Source of the DNA: Felis catus
Lineage: Eukaryota
Direction: 5' to 3'
DNA: 64,000 bases
Assembly (NCBI RefSeq): GCF_018350175.1
Contig: NC_058368.1
Location: 19,532,001-19,596,000 of the forward strand
Both the position numbers and the translations under genes were made by a program. Every line of letters begins with the position of its first letter. The first letter of the stretch is position 1. Of the stretch, positions 1 to 12,449 are shown piece by piece. The notes under the pieces were generated by a model. The model was not told the origin of the DNA. It saw only the letters and a list, made by a program, of their open reading frames with translations, and ran no database searches.

Positions 1-2023
1 TTATGTGGCAGGTAAGATGTGGCTGTTTTTCCGTGTTTTTCTGCGTTTTGCTTTTCTGCGTTGCAGTCTCCTCCTGTAATTAACATGGCTAAAAGGAAAA
101 TGTAACCTTAAATGTTGTTTTTAAAAAAATAGCCTGCTGGACTTTTGAGCCGGATTTAAATCCTAGCTGTTACTTAAGTTGCTTTGTGACCTTTGATAAA
201 TCGGAGTCTGTTTCCACAGTAAAATGGTGATAAGAATATCTCTTTGTAGAATTATCTTGAGCATTAGAGATATAAAATGCCATCCCCATAAAATACCACT
301 GAGAACCATTAACTATTTTCTCTTATTGGGTCTGCGTGCGTATGAAAGAACCAGGACTTGTCTGTATTTTGAAAGCTCAGGTGCGTAGAGTTGCGTGGGG
401 TGGAAGTTATATGCTGGAAGAATTGCATGCATGTATATCATTTTTGCCTTCGAAGTTGTTAAGGGTGTCACACACCCTTCAAGGTGAAAGAAGTCTCAAG
501 GATAAGTGGGCGAGCGGTGTCCTTAAGGTTGACGGAGATCCAAGTGAGACTAAGAGCTCTCAAAAGTGGCTCTAGCGGTCCTTGCTTTGTGCACACGGTA
601 GAATTGCTCTTTGATTTGTGGTCACGGGCATTTTCTACAAGGCATGTCATTTCTGGGCTTTTCAATTTCAGTCTGGCTTTGAAACCTTTCATCAAAGCGT
701 GGCACCCCATTTCCAATTTCTTCATACCAGGCTGGCCTGTCTGCACATCTTCTTTTCCTTTCCTGGCTCCATCTTGGTGAATCGACCACTTGTATTCCTT
801 TACCCGTCTTTTCTTTTACAAGCCCTGGCACTCACAGCAAAGTCCATGTGCCCTGGGTGTCCAGAGAGTAGCAGAGAATTGAAGTTCATGTTTGGATTCC
901 CCTCTGTGGAATTTCCCCCTCCTCCTGTGTTTCCAGTCCCTTCTAATCCTGATGCCCAGTATACTGATAGTTTGTTAAAAATTCCAAAGTTAGTTCTTCC
1001 CCAGTGTGTTGTTGGGCTTGCCAAAGAAGTAAGTCCCAGATGTCTGTTCTCAAGAAATATACAATTCAGTGAGAATTAGGCAACATTAGGGCTTCCATAA
1101 AGTTTTCCCAGGACACACTTTGTTCCCTGGACCCCCTCTCCAATGTGCCCTTAAACCTCAACGTGTTTGTTTGAATTCATTTGAGTTTCCCCCCTGACAA
1201 AGATTCTCCTCACTGAGGAATGGAATTAAAACCACACACACGTACCAATTGTCTACACTTAAAAACTATCCAAACACCCAGCAACAGTTATGAGGTTGCT
1301 TCTAAACCAGCAGAGACTTTCGTGTTTCATAAAGTTGTGTTCCGTGCAAAGCAAAGCTTTGTCTTTCGTAACTGCTTGTCTTTAGGAACCTGCCTGTCTA
1401 GAAGGGGGGGCCTCTGAGTATTGTTTGCTACAAACAAATAGCTTCTAACGCTTCTGCAAACCCTTTTGGCAGGAGCATAGAATCCATAATCCAGGGATTA
1501 AGAGCTAGCATTGTGGCCTGGGGTTTGGTGAGTTATAGCTAGATCTACCTAGGACCAAAAAAAAATAAGTTGGGTAGTAAATCATTAGGGATTTGTTTTT
1601 CCAACAGACTAGGTGATTGAGGGTTATGTCTTGTTTTAGGGAGGCCATTCTACTTATTAAGATACTGTATTAAAGCAAGTGTCCTTGAATATCATAGTTT
1701 TTCTTTTAGCTTTTTCAATTAATTATTTAATACCGGTTACAATCAAGTCACGGTTCTGGATCTCCTTTTACTCCTGTGTGTGTGGTTTTTTTTCTTTAAT
1801 TTTCAGTTTTAAACTAATTATTTTTTAGAATTTGGTAATGTGTGCGCGTTGTACAATAGGTTATACGTTGAAAAATAACTCTTCCTCCCCTCTCCTTGCC
1901 TCCGCCCCTGATCCTCCTCAGACTCTGTACCAGTTTCTTATGCCTTCTCCCAGAGCCCGTCCATGTATATACAAGTAGCTATGGGGATAATACTCCTTTG
2001 CTCACAAATAGTGCTAGCATGCT

Positions 2024-2537
2024 GTGATAGAACGAACTTTGGTGACTTTCCCAACGAACTACAGCTCCTTGTATTTAAGCCCTTATATAATTCCTTCCCG
2101 TACTGACTGAGCTTGGCCATGTGCCTGGCTGTGGCCAATGGTGAATTAGCAAATGTGATGCGAGCAGAGGCTTGGTAAGCGCTTGCATACTGGGACTTGT
2201 TCTCTGGGAATGTTCACTATTGTGACACTCCCTCTCGGAACCCAGAAACCACCAGCTGTGAGGTACCCAGCCTAGCCACGTGGAGAGGCTCCATGGAAGA
2301 GAACTGAGGTCTCTGCTGACAGCTTCCAGACAGTCACCGACATCAACCTGCCAGCCATGTCGCGGACAAACCATCTTCTTGGAAGCGGAACCTCCAGTCT
2401 CACTGAGGCCGCCCCAGACGATGCCATGAGGAGCAGACAAGCCTTCCCCGCTGAGCCCTGTCCAAATTGAAAAACTGTGAGCTATCTCTCTGAGCCACTA
2501 GATTTGGCTTGCCAGGCAGCAACAGATAACTAAAACA
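2024..2537 (+). mobile_element. MaLR solo LTR (MLT1-type)
   Basis: Recalled MLT1 motifs: gctgagccctgtccaaattg, gcagcaacagataactaaaaca end. Confidence 0.75.
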
Positions 2538-2539
2538 CT

Positions 2540-3300
2540 GTATTCACCGTAAATTCTGTGTCTTGCTTTTGTTCACTGAATGATATATTTGCTATTTCAG
2601 TATATTTAGAGCTGCCTCATTCCTTTTTTAAGAGCTGGAAAGCATTCCTCTGTATAACTGTGCAATAATTTCGTTAATTGGCCTCTTATTGATGGGCATT
2701 TATGTTTCCGGTTCTTTGCAGCGTTTAATATCTTTGTTGCATGCTTGCTTTTATACGTGAACAAATATATTTATGGAGTAAATTCATAGAGATAGAGTTG
2801 TTGGGCCAAAGAATATTTGGATTTGTCATTTTCATACATAGTGCCAAGTTGCCCTCACGAGAGGTGATGCCCCCACCAGCTCTAGGGACTGCGTGGATGG
2901 TGCCAGCCTGAGTGGTGAGAAGGGCCACCGTGCTATTGGAGTGTTACATTTCTTCCTTACTATTGTTTCTGCAGATGTTGAAAAGGCGTTTGCGTTTCCT
3001 GTTTGATGGACTGCCTCTTTTCTGTTGGATTGTTGGCCTTTTTCTTTTTAGAAGGAGCTCTTTACATTTTAACAAAATTAGCTCTTGCTTAGTATGGAGC
3101 AAATCTTTCTCCCCCCACCCCCCCCCCACCCCCGGTTTCTCATTTATCATTTTCCTTGGTCAGAGCCATATTTTCTCTTATTGTGGTTAGATTTATCAGT
3201 CTTCTCTAGCTTTTGGATTTTCTTGTTTTTCTGTTTCTTTTCTTGTATTTAGACTTGCCCTTGCCTGAGATTGTAATGGGTATTTTCCTGTGTTTTCTTG
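2540..3300 (-). mobile_element. Old L1 (L1M/L1ME-type) fragment
   Basis: Antisense L1 3' motifs (ttattgatgggcattta, gctgcctcattcctttt); boundaries approximate. Confidence 0.55.
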
Positions 3301-3664
3301 TATTATTACTATCTGAGGTCCCAAAAATATCTCTTGGTGTATAGGTACCAAATTGTGTTTTTCCCAGTTATCCACTTAATACCGTTGTGCTATGTCATCC
3401 TTATCGTATACTGCACTTCTGTACCACAGGTAATTTGATTTGTACCACAGGTAATTTCAGTATATTTATTGAATGCAATGAACGCTTGAGTGGCTATCCC
3501 GTAAATTGTTTACTTTTTTTTTTCTCTACTATTTTAGGGAATACTACAGTGAATGCTGTTAAAACAGTTCTTTATAATTATAAATCCCAGACTAGTTTCG
3601 GATTTCCTTTGTGGATGTACAAATGAACATTTATAGTCTGCTTTAGAAGTTATTTAAACTTTCA

Positions 3665-3874
3665 GGGCACCTGGGTGGCTCTGTTGGTTAAGCATCAGAC
3701 TCTAGATTTGGGCTCAGGTCATGATCTCGTTCGTTGTGGGCTGTGGCCCCGCATCGGCCTCTGCACTGACAGTGTGGAGCCTGCTTGGGATTCTCTCTTT
3801 CCCTTTCTTTCTGCCCCTCCCCAACTTCTGCTTTCTCTTGCTCTCAAAATAAATAAATAAACTTTAAAAAAAAA
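3665..3874 (+). mobile_element. CAN-SINE (SINEC)
   Basis: GGGCACCTGGGTGGCTC head, CT-rich body, AATAAA/polyA tail. Confidence 0.92.
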
Positions 3875-5039
3875 GGTTAAGGTTTTGTTAAGGTTCTCAA
3901 AAAGCTGAAGTTGGAAAGATAGGCATTTTATTTTATGCACAGGGTTACGGAGAAGGTCAATCCATGTAATGGAGATTCATCTGAAGATCTAAGTAGGATT
4001 GTGTAAGCACAGAGACTGACATGCTTTTTTGTCACATACCATAATATGTAAAGGCCTGTTCCCGAATTTCTGAAGCATGGAATAGTACTGGTATAAAAAC
4101 TGTATCTAATTAGGAGAGTGGTGAGCCTGGGACCCTGTGAAAGGAGGATTTGGTTTTGTGAATGGAATAGGTGAAGCCACATCATTATGAGAAGTCAGGA
4201 AATTATGCGTATATACTCCGGTACATTAAGAAGATGGGTCCACTTAATTTGGTAAAACACTTCTAATTTTAGGTAGCGACCACAACTGTCCTGAACACCC
4301 AGGAGGGCAGTGACGCTCAGTGGAGGCAGAACAGAGAAGTTCCCCCAGCTCTCGGCCTCCTGCCCCTCTTGGCCCAGCCCCTTGTGCTCATTTCCCTGGC
4401 TCGAGGAGCATACCACCAGACCTTTCTCCCCCGGCATGTGGTCTGACCCCACGGGGCCTCGGAGGTGGAGGTCGGCATTCAGAGCAGGTGCCCTACGGTT
4501 GTTGAATTTAACCCCTGCTGAGAGAATGCCAGGGACACCCCTAGAAGGAGATACAGAAGTCAGGTGTTGCCTATTCTGTGTATGTGCATTGCAGCAGCAC
4601 CCCCAACGTTTGAGCTCAAAGGACCACGTTCTGCAGAGAGATTTCAGGTATCAGCCAGAGGTGAGGGGGGCTCTGCTGAGAGCCTCCACCCTCCCGTTGT
4701 GGGCCACTGTGCTGTCTGCCTCTGCTGGGGGCCTGCCACGCTCATTCTGTGCACGTGAGCTGCATCACACTCCCCTCCTTCCCTGTAGAGACCTCCACAT
4801 CTTCGAGGTAAGGAAAACAAGGTGGGCAGTTGACTTCTAGGTTCAGAGTCACAGAATGTTCAAGCTAAAAGAAACCCACTGGAACCATTTCGTTTGATAA
4901 ATAATGTTTTTATATCTCCCTTTCCCTGCATTTAATGTTGTTATACTCTCAGGATGTTTTGACACCAGTGGCACTGTTTTCCATTTTCTCAGTGCCAGAC
5001 AAGCTGGGATATTTTAGCAAATATTAAGCTTTTTGAAAA

Positions 5040-5054
5040 AAAATATTTATCTTT

Positions 5055-5133
<79 letters not shown>

Positions 5134-5294
5134 TGGGGGAGGGGCAGAGAGAGAGGAAGAGAGAGAATCCCAACCAGGCTTCCCACTGTCAGCACAAGCC
5201 CGACGCAGGGCTAGATCTCACAAACCCGGGAGATCATGACCTGAGCCAAAATCAAGAGTCTGACGCTTAACTGACTGACCCACCCAGATGCCCC
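5040..5294 (-). mobile_element. CAN-SINE with internal (GA)n(GT)n expansion
   Basis: Reverse-complement SINE head ends at 5294; imperfect TSD aaatatt. Confidence 0.92.
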
Positions 5295-5344
5295 ACAAAT
5301 ATTTAGTTTTAAGGATGAAAAGGTGTCATTTCTTTTCCTTTTAG

Positions 5345-6593
5345 ATCCTGTCTAAACATTCTTTGCCCGCTCGTGTCTGGGAGCCAGCAATGCAGCAGAA
5401 GCAGAGTTTCGCCTTTGACAATGTTGGCTACGAGGGTGGTCTGGACAGCGTGTGCCCCTCTCAGACGACCACCGGCACCATCAGCATTTCGGGCATGACT
5501 TGCCAGTCGTGTGTAAAGTCTATCGAGGGCAGGATTTCGAGTTTGAAAGGCATCGTGAGCATTAAGGTTTCCCTGGAACAAGGCAGCGCGACTGTGATCT
5601 ATGTGCCGTCGGTCCTGAGCCTGCCGCAGGTTTGCCGTCACATCGAGGACATGGGCTTCGAGGCCAGCATCACAGAAGGAAAGGCCGCCTCCTGGCCCTC
5701 GAGATCCTCGTCTGCCCTGGAGGCCACGGTCAAGCTCCGGGTGGAGGGCATGACCTGCCAGTCCTGTGTCAGCTCCATCGAAGGCAGGCTGGGGAAGCTG
5801 CAAGGGGTAGTGAGGGCCCGAGTCTCCCTTGGCACCCAGGAGGCAGTCATTACTTACCAGCCTTATCTCATTCAGCCCCAAGACCTCAGGGACCACGTAA
5901 ACGACATGGGATTCGAAGCTGTCATCAAGAACAGAGTGGCACCCGTAAGCCTGGGACCAATTGATATTGGGCGGTTACAGAGGACCAACCCAAAGACCCC
6001 TTTGATGTCTGGTACCCAGAATCTCAATAACTCTGAGACCTTGGGGCACCAAGGGAGCCGTGTGGTCACCCTGCAACTGAGAGTAGATGGAATGCACTGT
6101 AAATCTTGTGTCCTGAATATTGAAGAAAATATAGGCCAACTCCCAGGGGTTCAAAGTATTCAAGTGTCCTTGGAGAACAGAATTGCCCAAGTACAGTTTG
6201 ACCCTTCTCGTGTCACCCCCGGGGCCCTGCAGAGGGCCATTGAGGCTCTTCCTCCTGGGAACTTTCAAGTTTCTCTTCCTGATGGAGCAGCGGGGAGTGG
6301 CACCGATAACAGGCCTTCCACGCATCTCGCCTCCGCCCCCGCCCCCGCCCCTGCCCAGGGAACCCGGATGCAGGGCCTGTGCAGTACCGTGGTGCTTGCC
6401 ATTGGTGGCATGACCTGTGCGTCCTGCGTCCAGTCCATTGAAGGCCTGCTCTCCCGCAGGGAAGGGGTGCGGCGGGTATCAGTCTCTCTGACTGAAGGGA
6501 CTGGAGTGGTGCTCTATGATCCCTCTGTAATTAACCCGGAAGGACTCCGAGCTGCTGTTGAAGAAATGGGATTCAAGGCATCAGTCGTTTCTG
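5345..6593 (+). CDS. ATP7B: ATP7B exon 2 (1249 nt; MBD1-4)
   Basis: ttttag|ATCCTG...TCTG|gtacgt; encodes [24 protein letters not shown] x2, GMHCKSC, GMTCASC. Confidence 0.97.
6329..6355 (+). repeat. Coding (GCCCCC)-type hexamer repeat encoding ASAPAPAPA
   Basis: gcctcc gccccc gccccc gcccct gcc within exon 2. Confidence 0.85.
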
Positions 6594-7350
6594 GTACGTA
6601 GTTGGCCCACGTGAAGCACACCCTGGGGTCCTCTCCTTTCTCCTTGCATCTTAGGACATAGTGACAGCGGCCACACTCACTGCTCACTGGCCAATGTTGG
6701 TGACAACATTCTGCAACTTTTCCTTGCGTGTCAAGTGTATCAGGATAGAAGAAGTAGAATTTCTGGGTGTATAGCTTTTGCCTCTCGTGTAGCTGGGAAT
6801 AAAATGCTAAGTTCTTCGCATTTTTCTGAAGAGAACTCTGACTCTGTGTTCTTTTTAAAAAAGAGTCCTGCGGGGCCAGGGGGAACAGGCTCTTCTGTCT
6901 CCAGAAGAACCATCATCACACTCTCTGAGATTTCTCTGCCCAACGAAACAATAAAAACAGAACCGTAGTCTCACCTGGATCCCATTCTGTTGAAAGTGGG
7001 AATTGAGGGGATTCAGTGATGACTGCCCTTGCCCTCCTTGATGGCTGTGGGTAGAGGGGTGCATTTCTGCTGGGCGCCCGGGCCTGGGAGCGGTGGGCTG
7101 GTGAGCAAGTGAGACTCTCCTGAGAGCTTATGTTGTAGCCCCGTGTGAGCCGGTGAGCTCCAGGATGGGACGGGGATGCTGGAGGCCAGGAGGCAGCGCA
7201 GTGTGCTGGGGTTGCTGACAGGAGCCCGAGCAAGCGTGAGGACTCAGGAAGGTGGAGAGACGGGCGGGACAGCAGGGGGGCCACTCTGAACGGGTCTGAG
7301 TGTGAGCTGAACTTGGACTTGACTGTAAAGGCCAGGGGGTCAGCAGTGGA

Positions 7351-7550
7351 TTTTTTTTTTAAGTTTATTTACTTCTTTTGAGAGAGAGAGAGAGAGAGAG
7401 AGCGAGCAGGGGAGGGGCAGAGAGAAAGGGAGAGAGAGAATCCCAAGCAGGCTCTGTGCTGACACTTGGGGCTGATCTCACGAACTGTGAGCTCGTGACC
7501 TGAGCCAAAATCAAGAATCGGACGCTTACCCGACCTCGCCACCCAGGCAT
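7351..7550 (-). mobile_element. CAN-SINE
   Basis: polyT, (GA)n, reverse head; TSD gcagtgg. Confidence 0.92.
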
Positions 7551-8834
7551 CGGCAGTGGGTTTTAATCAGAGGAAGCGCAGGTGAGTTTGCACTTGAGCT
7601 GGCCAGTCGGTGTCAGTGTAGTGTGGATGGAGGCACGGAGGCTGTGTGGGAGGCTGGGTGAGAGGAGGTGGGGCTGGAGGTCAAGAGACGGAATGGGACG
7701 ACATTCAGGAGGTTGGGTCCAGCAAGCTTGGTCCAGAGGAGGGGTGTGATGGGGCAGGCCGTGGAGGAAAGGGAGAGCCGGCGGGGAGCCCTAGGTGTAC
7801 AGTTGCCGGAGGCCAGCTTGAATTCCTGGAGAGTGGGGCTGGAAATGCGGATTGGAGTAGCAGGAGCCAGGGGAAGTGACGGAAGACCAGGGAAAGCGAG
7901 CATGACCGGGGAAGGGCAGAGGGAGGAACGTGATGGCACTGGTGTGGAAGGAAGGGGTGTCCGGAGGAAGAAATTGTCACAGACAGGGACGGCACCCTGG
8001 AAAGAAAAGAAGCCGTTTCAGGGGCCTCAGGCTCCGTGCAACTAGGAGGTGGGGGAGGCTCCGGTGAGCCCAGCTGCATGGTAGAGCCGCAGACCTCCAG
8101 GAGCCGAGCCAAGCGGCGGTGGAGAGGTGATGGATAGGTGCGGGGTTCAGAGCCAGGCCGGAGATGAGGAAGCGCGGGACATGCCACAGCCAGCTGTGTG
8201 GGTAGCAAGGTTTTAACCGTTTGGGTCCCAAGGTACTGGCCCCGTGGGGGGGGTGCGAGTTGCAGGCTAGACCAGGACAATACAGTGCCAGCTGCGGGCA
8301 CTCAGACTGCGCTGCAGGGCGGTGGCCAGCCCGGCACCAGGAGGGGCTCGTGGGCAAAGCCCCGCGGCCGCGCCCAGGGCCAGCTGGACTGGGCCTTCCC
8401 ACATGTACTTTGCAGCGGCCGCCGAGATAAAGTGCGTCTCCTTGGAAAGGTCCCCTGTCAGTGGGGCTGGCCTGCACTTACACCCTTAAAGGCAGTGGGT
8501 AAGTCATGTGGAATGACTCGGCCCCGTTCTGTACTTTGTCTTTTGCACCACGTTTCAGGAAGGAGTTTGTTTTTAAACAAAAATCAGTAAGGAACACACA
8601 ATGGAACAGTAAATCCTGTACTTAAATGGTAGGAAATGTAGTACAGAGTCATCATCTGCTCTATTTGTATGAGGTTTCAAGTCTTTAAACAGTAGAGTCA
8701 GGTTGTTGGCAGTAAAAAGAAATTTGCATTGAACTGCATAATCCAGAATAATTGGATTTGACCAAGTAAGCCTAGAAAGAAAAGAACAGTGATTTTTATT
8801 GGACAGAATTATGTGTTTAGCCCAAGAGGTATTT

Positions 8835-9022
8835 AGTGTACCAGATTTAGCAAATGAAATATAGGACACTTAGTTCAATTTGAATTTCAGATCAACAGTG
8901 ACTAATGTTTTGGTATAAGTATGTCCCAGGCAACATTTGGGGCACGCTTATACTAAGAAAGTATTTGTTGTATGTCTGAAATTCACATGTAGCTGGGCGT
9001 CTTGTATTTCACCTGGCAGTCT
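8835..9022. mobile_element. MER53-like palindromic MITE
   Basis: ccagatttagcaaat...gaatttcaga...gtataagtatgtccca / tggggcacgcttatac...tctgaaattc...ctgg inverted symmetry. Confidence 0.85.
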
Positions 9023-9209
9023 TCATTTAGGATAAACCGTTAGTGTGCCGTTAACTATCATTGTAGCCCCTTAGATATTAGAAAAGAATTACGTGTATTT
9101 GATTGGTCATTCTGGATTGACCAGGAAGAGGGGCTTCTTGAGCACAGTCTTCAAACCAGCTGATTTGTTTCTCCTTGGACTCAGCAGCACCCAGCACATA
9201 GTAGGTATT

Positions 9210-9690
9210 TGTGAAGGAAGCAAAAGAGAAAGAGAATAACAGGCTGTGACAAGCCGGGTCGTGGGGTAGCTCAGTGACGGGCTTTAATCCAGGAGCTACT
9301 CAGACATGTTAGAGAGCCGAATAACCAAGCAGGGAATGGGAAGGAAACCCAAGAGATGGCTGGTGGCAGAAGCTGGCACCCCAGGCAGGAGGGTGCCACC
9401 AGAGCCCAGGGGCTGAGGTCGCCTGGTGGGAGCTGGCTCACCACCGGAGCTACTAAGGGAGAGGCCGTGGCCAGGAGCTGGGCTCCCAGTAGGTAGATGG
9501 GAAACACCTTAGTATTCCCCCATTTCTGTCCTACTGTTTCCCACTTGCTACCTCCAGGGTACCAAATTTAACCAGAAACCAGTTGACAAGGGAGCCTGGG
9601 AAAAGTGGTTTTGCAGGGTCAGCCCCCTTGATAATGGAACAGGGAGAGGAAGGGGAATGATCAAGAGCATGTAGGCAAGTGGCAGGCACG
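9210..9690. mobile_element. Old ERVL-type LTR remnant (LTR33/LTR16-like)
   Basis: aaccagaaaccagttgacaagggagcctgggaaa...tttgcagggtcagcccc motif; family uncertain. Confidence 0.45.
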
Positions 9691-11414
9691 GAATTTCAGT
9701 CAGCTTATTTGACAGCTAAAAATACATTAAGATCTGTTTTTTATCTAGAAATCAGCTCTGCATTTGTGCACTGGTTTGCCTGGTAAATATTTTTTGTATG
9801 AATGAATTAATGGATAGGTGATTGGATATATGAATACATTGTGAGGAAAAGTCATCTATCATGTATGACATGTTCCCCTCAGCCTTGTAAATGGATAATG
9901 TCACTTCTGGGGCACTGTTCCCTCATCCCAGCACGTACTGAGGGTCTTCTGGGCCCCAGGCACTGTGCTGGCCGCCGTGAGTATTCGGAGGCCGTCCAGG
10001 ACCCGCCCACATACAGCTCATACTCTAACAAGGAAGCAGATCAGAGACCCATCATCCAAGGCAGGTTGGAATACATGCGACAAGGCAAGTGTAGGTAAAG
10101 CACTCTTGAGATTCAAAAGATGAGAAAAGCCAGCATCTGGTTGTGGGGCTCCCAAAGACCGGATAATGGAGGTGACATTGGAGCTGGGCTCGGGTAAGAC
10201 TTCAGAACGCGATGGCATCTCAGCAGGCAGAGAGGGGCAGGACCACACACCGGGAAAAGTCGGAGGAGACATGAGCTCCAGCTTGTCTCGGGAGCAGTCT
10301 GGCTTGGGGGGAACATGAATATAAGTAGTGGAAGATAAGGTCAGACGGGCCAGCATCCTGGTACAAGCCACCATCAGCTGTGTCCACTAGACAGGCTCCG
10401 AGCTAGTCTCTCCTTCCCGCCTTTCAGCCTTACAGTCTGTTCCCTGCCCAGTATTCACAGTAATCCTGTTACTCTGTTAATACTCTGAAACCTTCCCATC
10501 TTAAGAGGGAGTCCTTAGGGTGATCTAGAAGCCCCCTCCCCCCCGACTCCCTACCTTTCTAACCCCTTTCCAATCCTCATATCAGGCTTGTCCTCACCTC
10601 AGGGTCTTGTACCTGCTATCCCTCTGTCTAGAATATTCTTACCCCAGAATCCACATGGTGTACTTTATTTCACATATACTTTTCTGGGCTTTTCCAAAGC
10701 ATGTGTAATTTATATTTAGAAATACATAGATTTGTATTATACATAGTGGTTTTGTAATCTCTTTCACCCCACAATTTATCATAAACATACTTATAGGTCC
10801 GTCCATATGTCTGCAACACCATGTTGAGTGGCTGCAAATCATTCCATCATATGGATGCACCGTAACTTAGTCATAACCAGTTTCCTACTGGACTGTTCCC
10901 ATCTACTTCATGTGCATGTGATTGTAAATAATACTGATGGGCATCTTTGAGGCTAAATTTTGTGCACACAGTTATTTCCTTACGGTAAATACCTGAAAGT
11001 GTAATTGCTCGGTCACAGAGAGTAAACATTATTTCATTCCATTACAAATACTTATTGTGCCTCTACTAAGTGCCAAGCAGTTAGAGGTACTGTTTTTGAT
11101 AATATTGTCAGGTAGACTTCCAGAAAGCTGAATGCCCACCCATAGTATTAGCATAGAATGATAAAGAAAAACGACCCAATAACATAGTCTTGTTTGGGTC
11201 TTGTTAGTTTAATTCAACTTTCTTTAGCAATCTCCAGAAGCCCCGAATTTAGTTGAGTTAGATCTCAATGTGGAAGAAATGGTAATGTGTAAATTACAAG
11301 TTAGTAAGGGTGGTATGAAATTCTCTGTAATAGTACAAATATTAAAGTTGTTGACCACAATATTTGGATAGACACGCAGGTGAATCCAGAAAACAGATGA
11401 TGGACTGGGAAAAT

Positions 11415-11773
11415 CAGGAGAGGTTGGACAGGTGCAGGAGGGTTCAGGGGTATGGGAGGGGTTGATGGGTACAGGAGGGGTTGATGGGTACAGGAGGGTT
11501 GGACAGGTATGGTTGGGGTTGTTGGGTACAGGGGGTGATGGGTGTGAGGGTGGTGATGGGTATGGGAGAGATTGATGGGTATGGCAGGGGTTGATGGGTG
11601 CTGGGGGATTGATGGGTACAGAAGGATTGGATTGGTAAGGGGGGGGGGTTGATGGGTACAGGAGGGTTTGACAGGTAAGGGAGGGGTTGATGGGTACTGG
11701 AGGGGTTGATGGGTGCAAGAGAGTTGGACAGGTAATGGGAGGGGTTAATGGGTGCTGGAGGGGTTGATGGGTA
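11415..11773. repeat. G-rich minisatellite, about 19 copies of a ~19-bp unit (consensus CAGGAGGGGTTGATGGGTA)
   Basis: Tandem units read directly from the sequence. Confidence 0.93.
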
Positions 11774-12293
11774 GAGATAGAATGTCGAGAGGCTGAGGCT
11801 ACAAAACAGCTTTTGTGAATTTGAGATCCAAAGGCCAGAGTCATTTTGAACAATGACAAAGTCCAGGAGAGTACACCTGTGCTGATGGATGAGGTGTGGT
11901 CTCTGCTTCCGGAAGGTAGAGGGGTCCTGTAAGGCCAGGTCCTTGGAGGGTTTTCACTGAAGGTGCTGAAAGTGTTGATCAACCGGACTCTTAGAATGAG
12001 TTTCGGAAGTAGTTTTTAGCACCTTTCAGAAAATGAGCAAAACATCCCAGGATGTGAGATTTATTTAGAAGAAAAACTTTTGCAAAGTCATGGCCTATTG
12101 TCAGTACAGGTTAATGCCAACTTCTATCTTCTGCAGATGTGGATTTTCAAATAGTGAGAGTTCGTTTTTTAAATGATGTAATTATCTTTTGTATACACTC
12201 TTAAAGGTCCTTTCTGTTATCAAATTCTGTTATCAAAAGGTCTGACTTTATGGAGTGATGAAAACTTTCTACATCTTGACCTGGGTGATTAGT

Positions 12294-12377
<84 letters not shown>

Positions 12378-12383
12378 CATGCA
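12294..12383. repeat. Compound (TA)n(CA)n microsatellite
   Basis: Direct reading. Confidence 0.95.
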
Positions 12384-12449
12384 GTGGGCAGAAAAACGGT
12401 CCCCAACAGCGTCTGCACCCTCATCCCAGAACTCGGTGGGGGAGAGGAT

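Noticed and set aside
336..1079. Overlapping ORFs in intron 1, possible processed pseudogene
   Set aside because: No recognisable protein in any frame, and no polyA or TSD.
3420..3458. 17-bp local duplication tgtaccacaggtaattt (others near 12212, 35110, 52200, 57660)
   Set aside because: Ordinary two-copy slippage duplications with no further structure.
5309..6325. Antisense and alternate-frame ORFs over exon 2
   Set aside because: Shadows of GC-rich coding sequence.
7613..8590. Dense cluster of 100-200-aa ORFs in intron 2 (similar clusters at 37100-37800 and 61124-61669)
   Set aside because: GC-rich, stop-poor sequence with low-complexity translations and no homology recognised.
11224..11982. 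252-aa Pro-rich minus-strand ORF
   Set aside because: The open frame comes largely from the stop-poor antisense of the minisatellite; non-ATG start and no recognisable domain.
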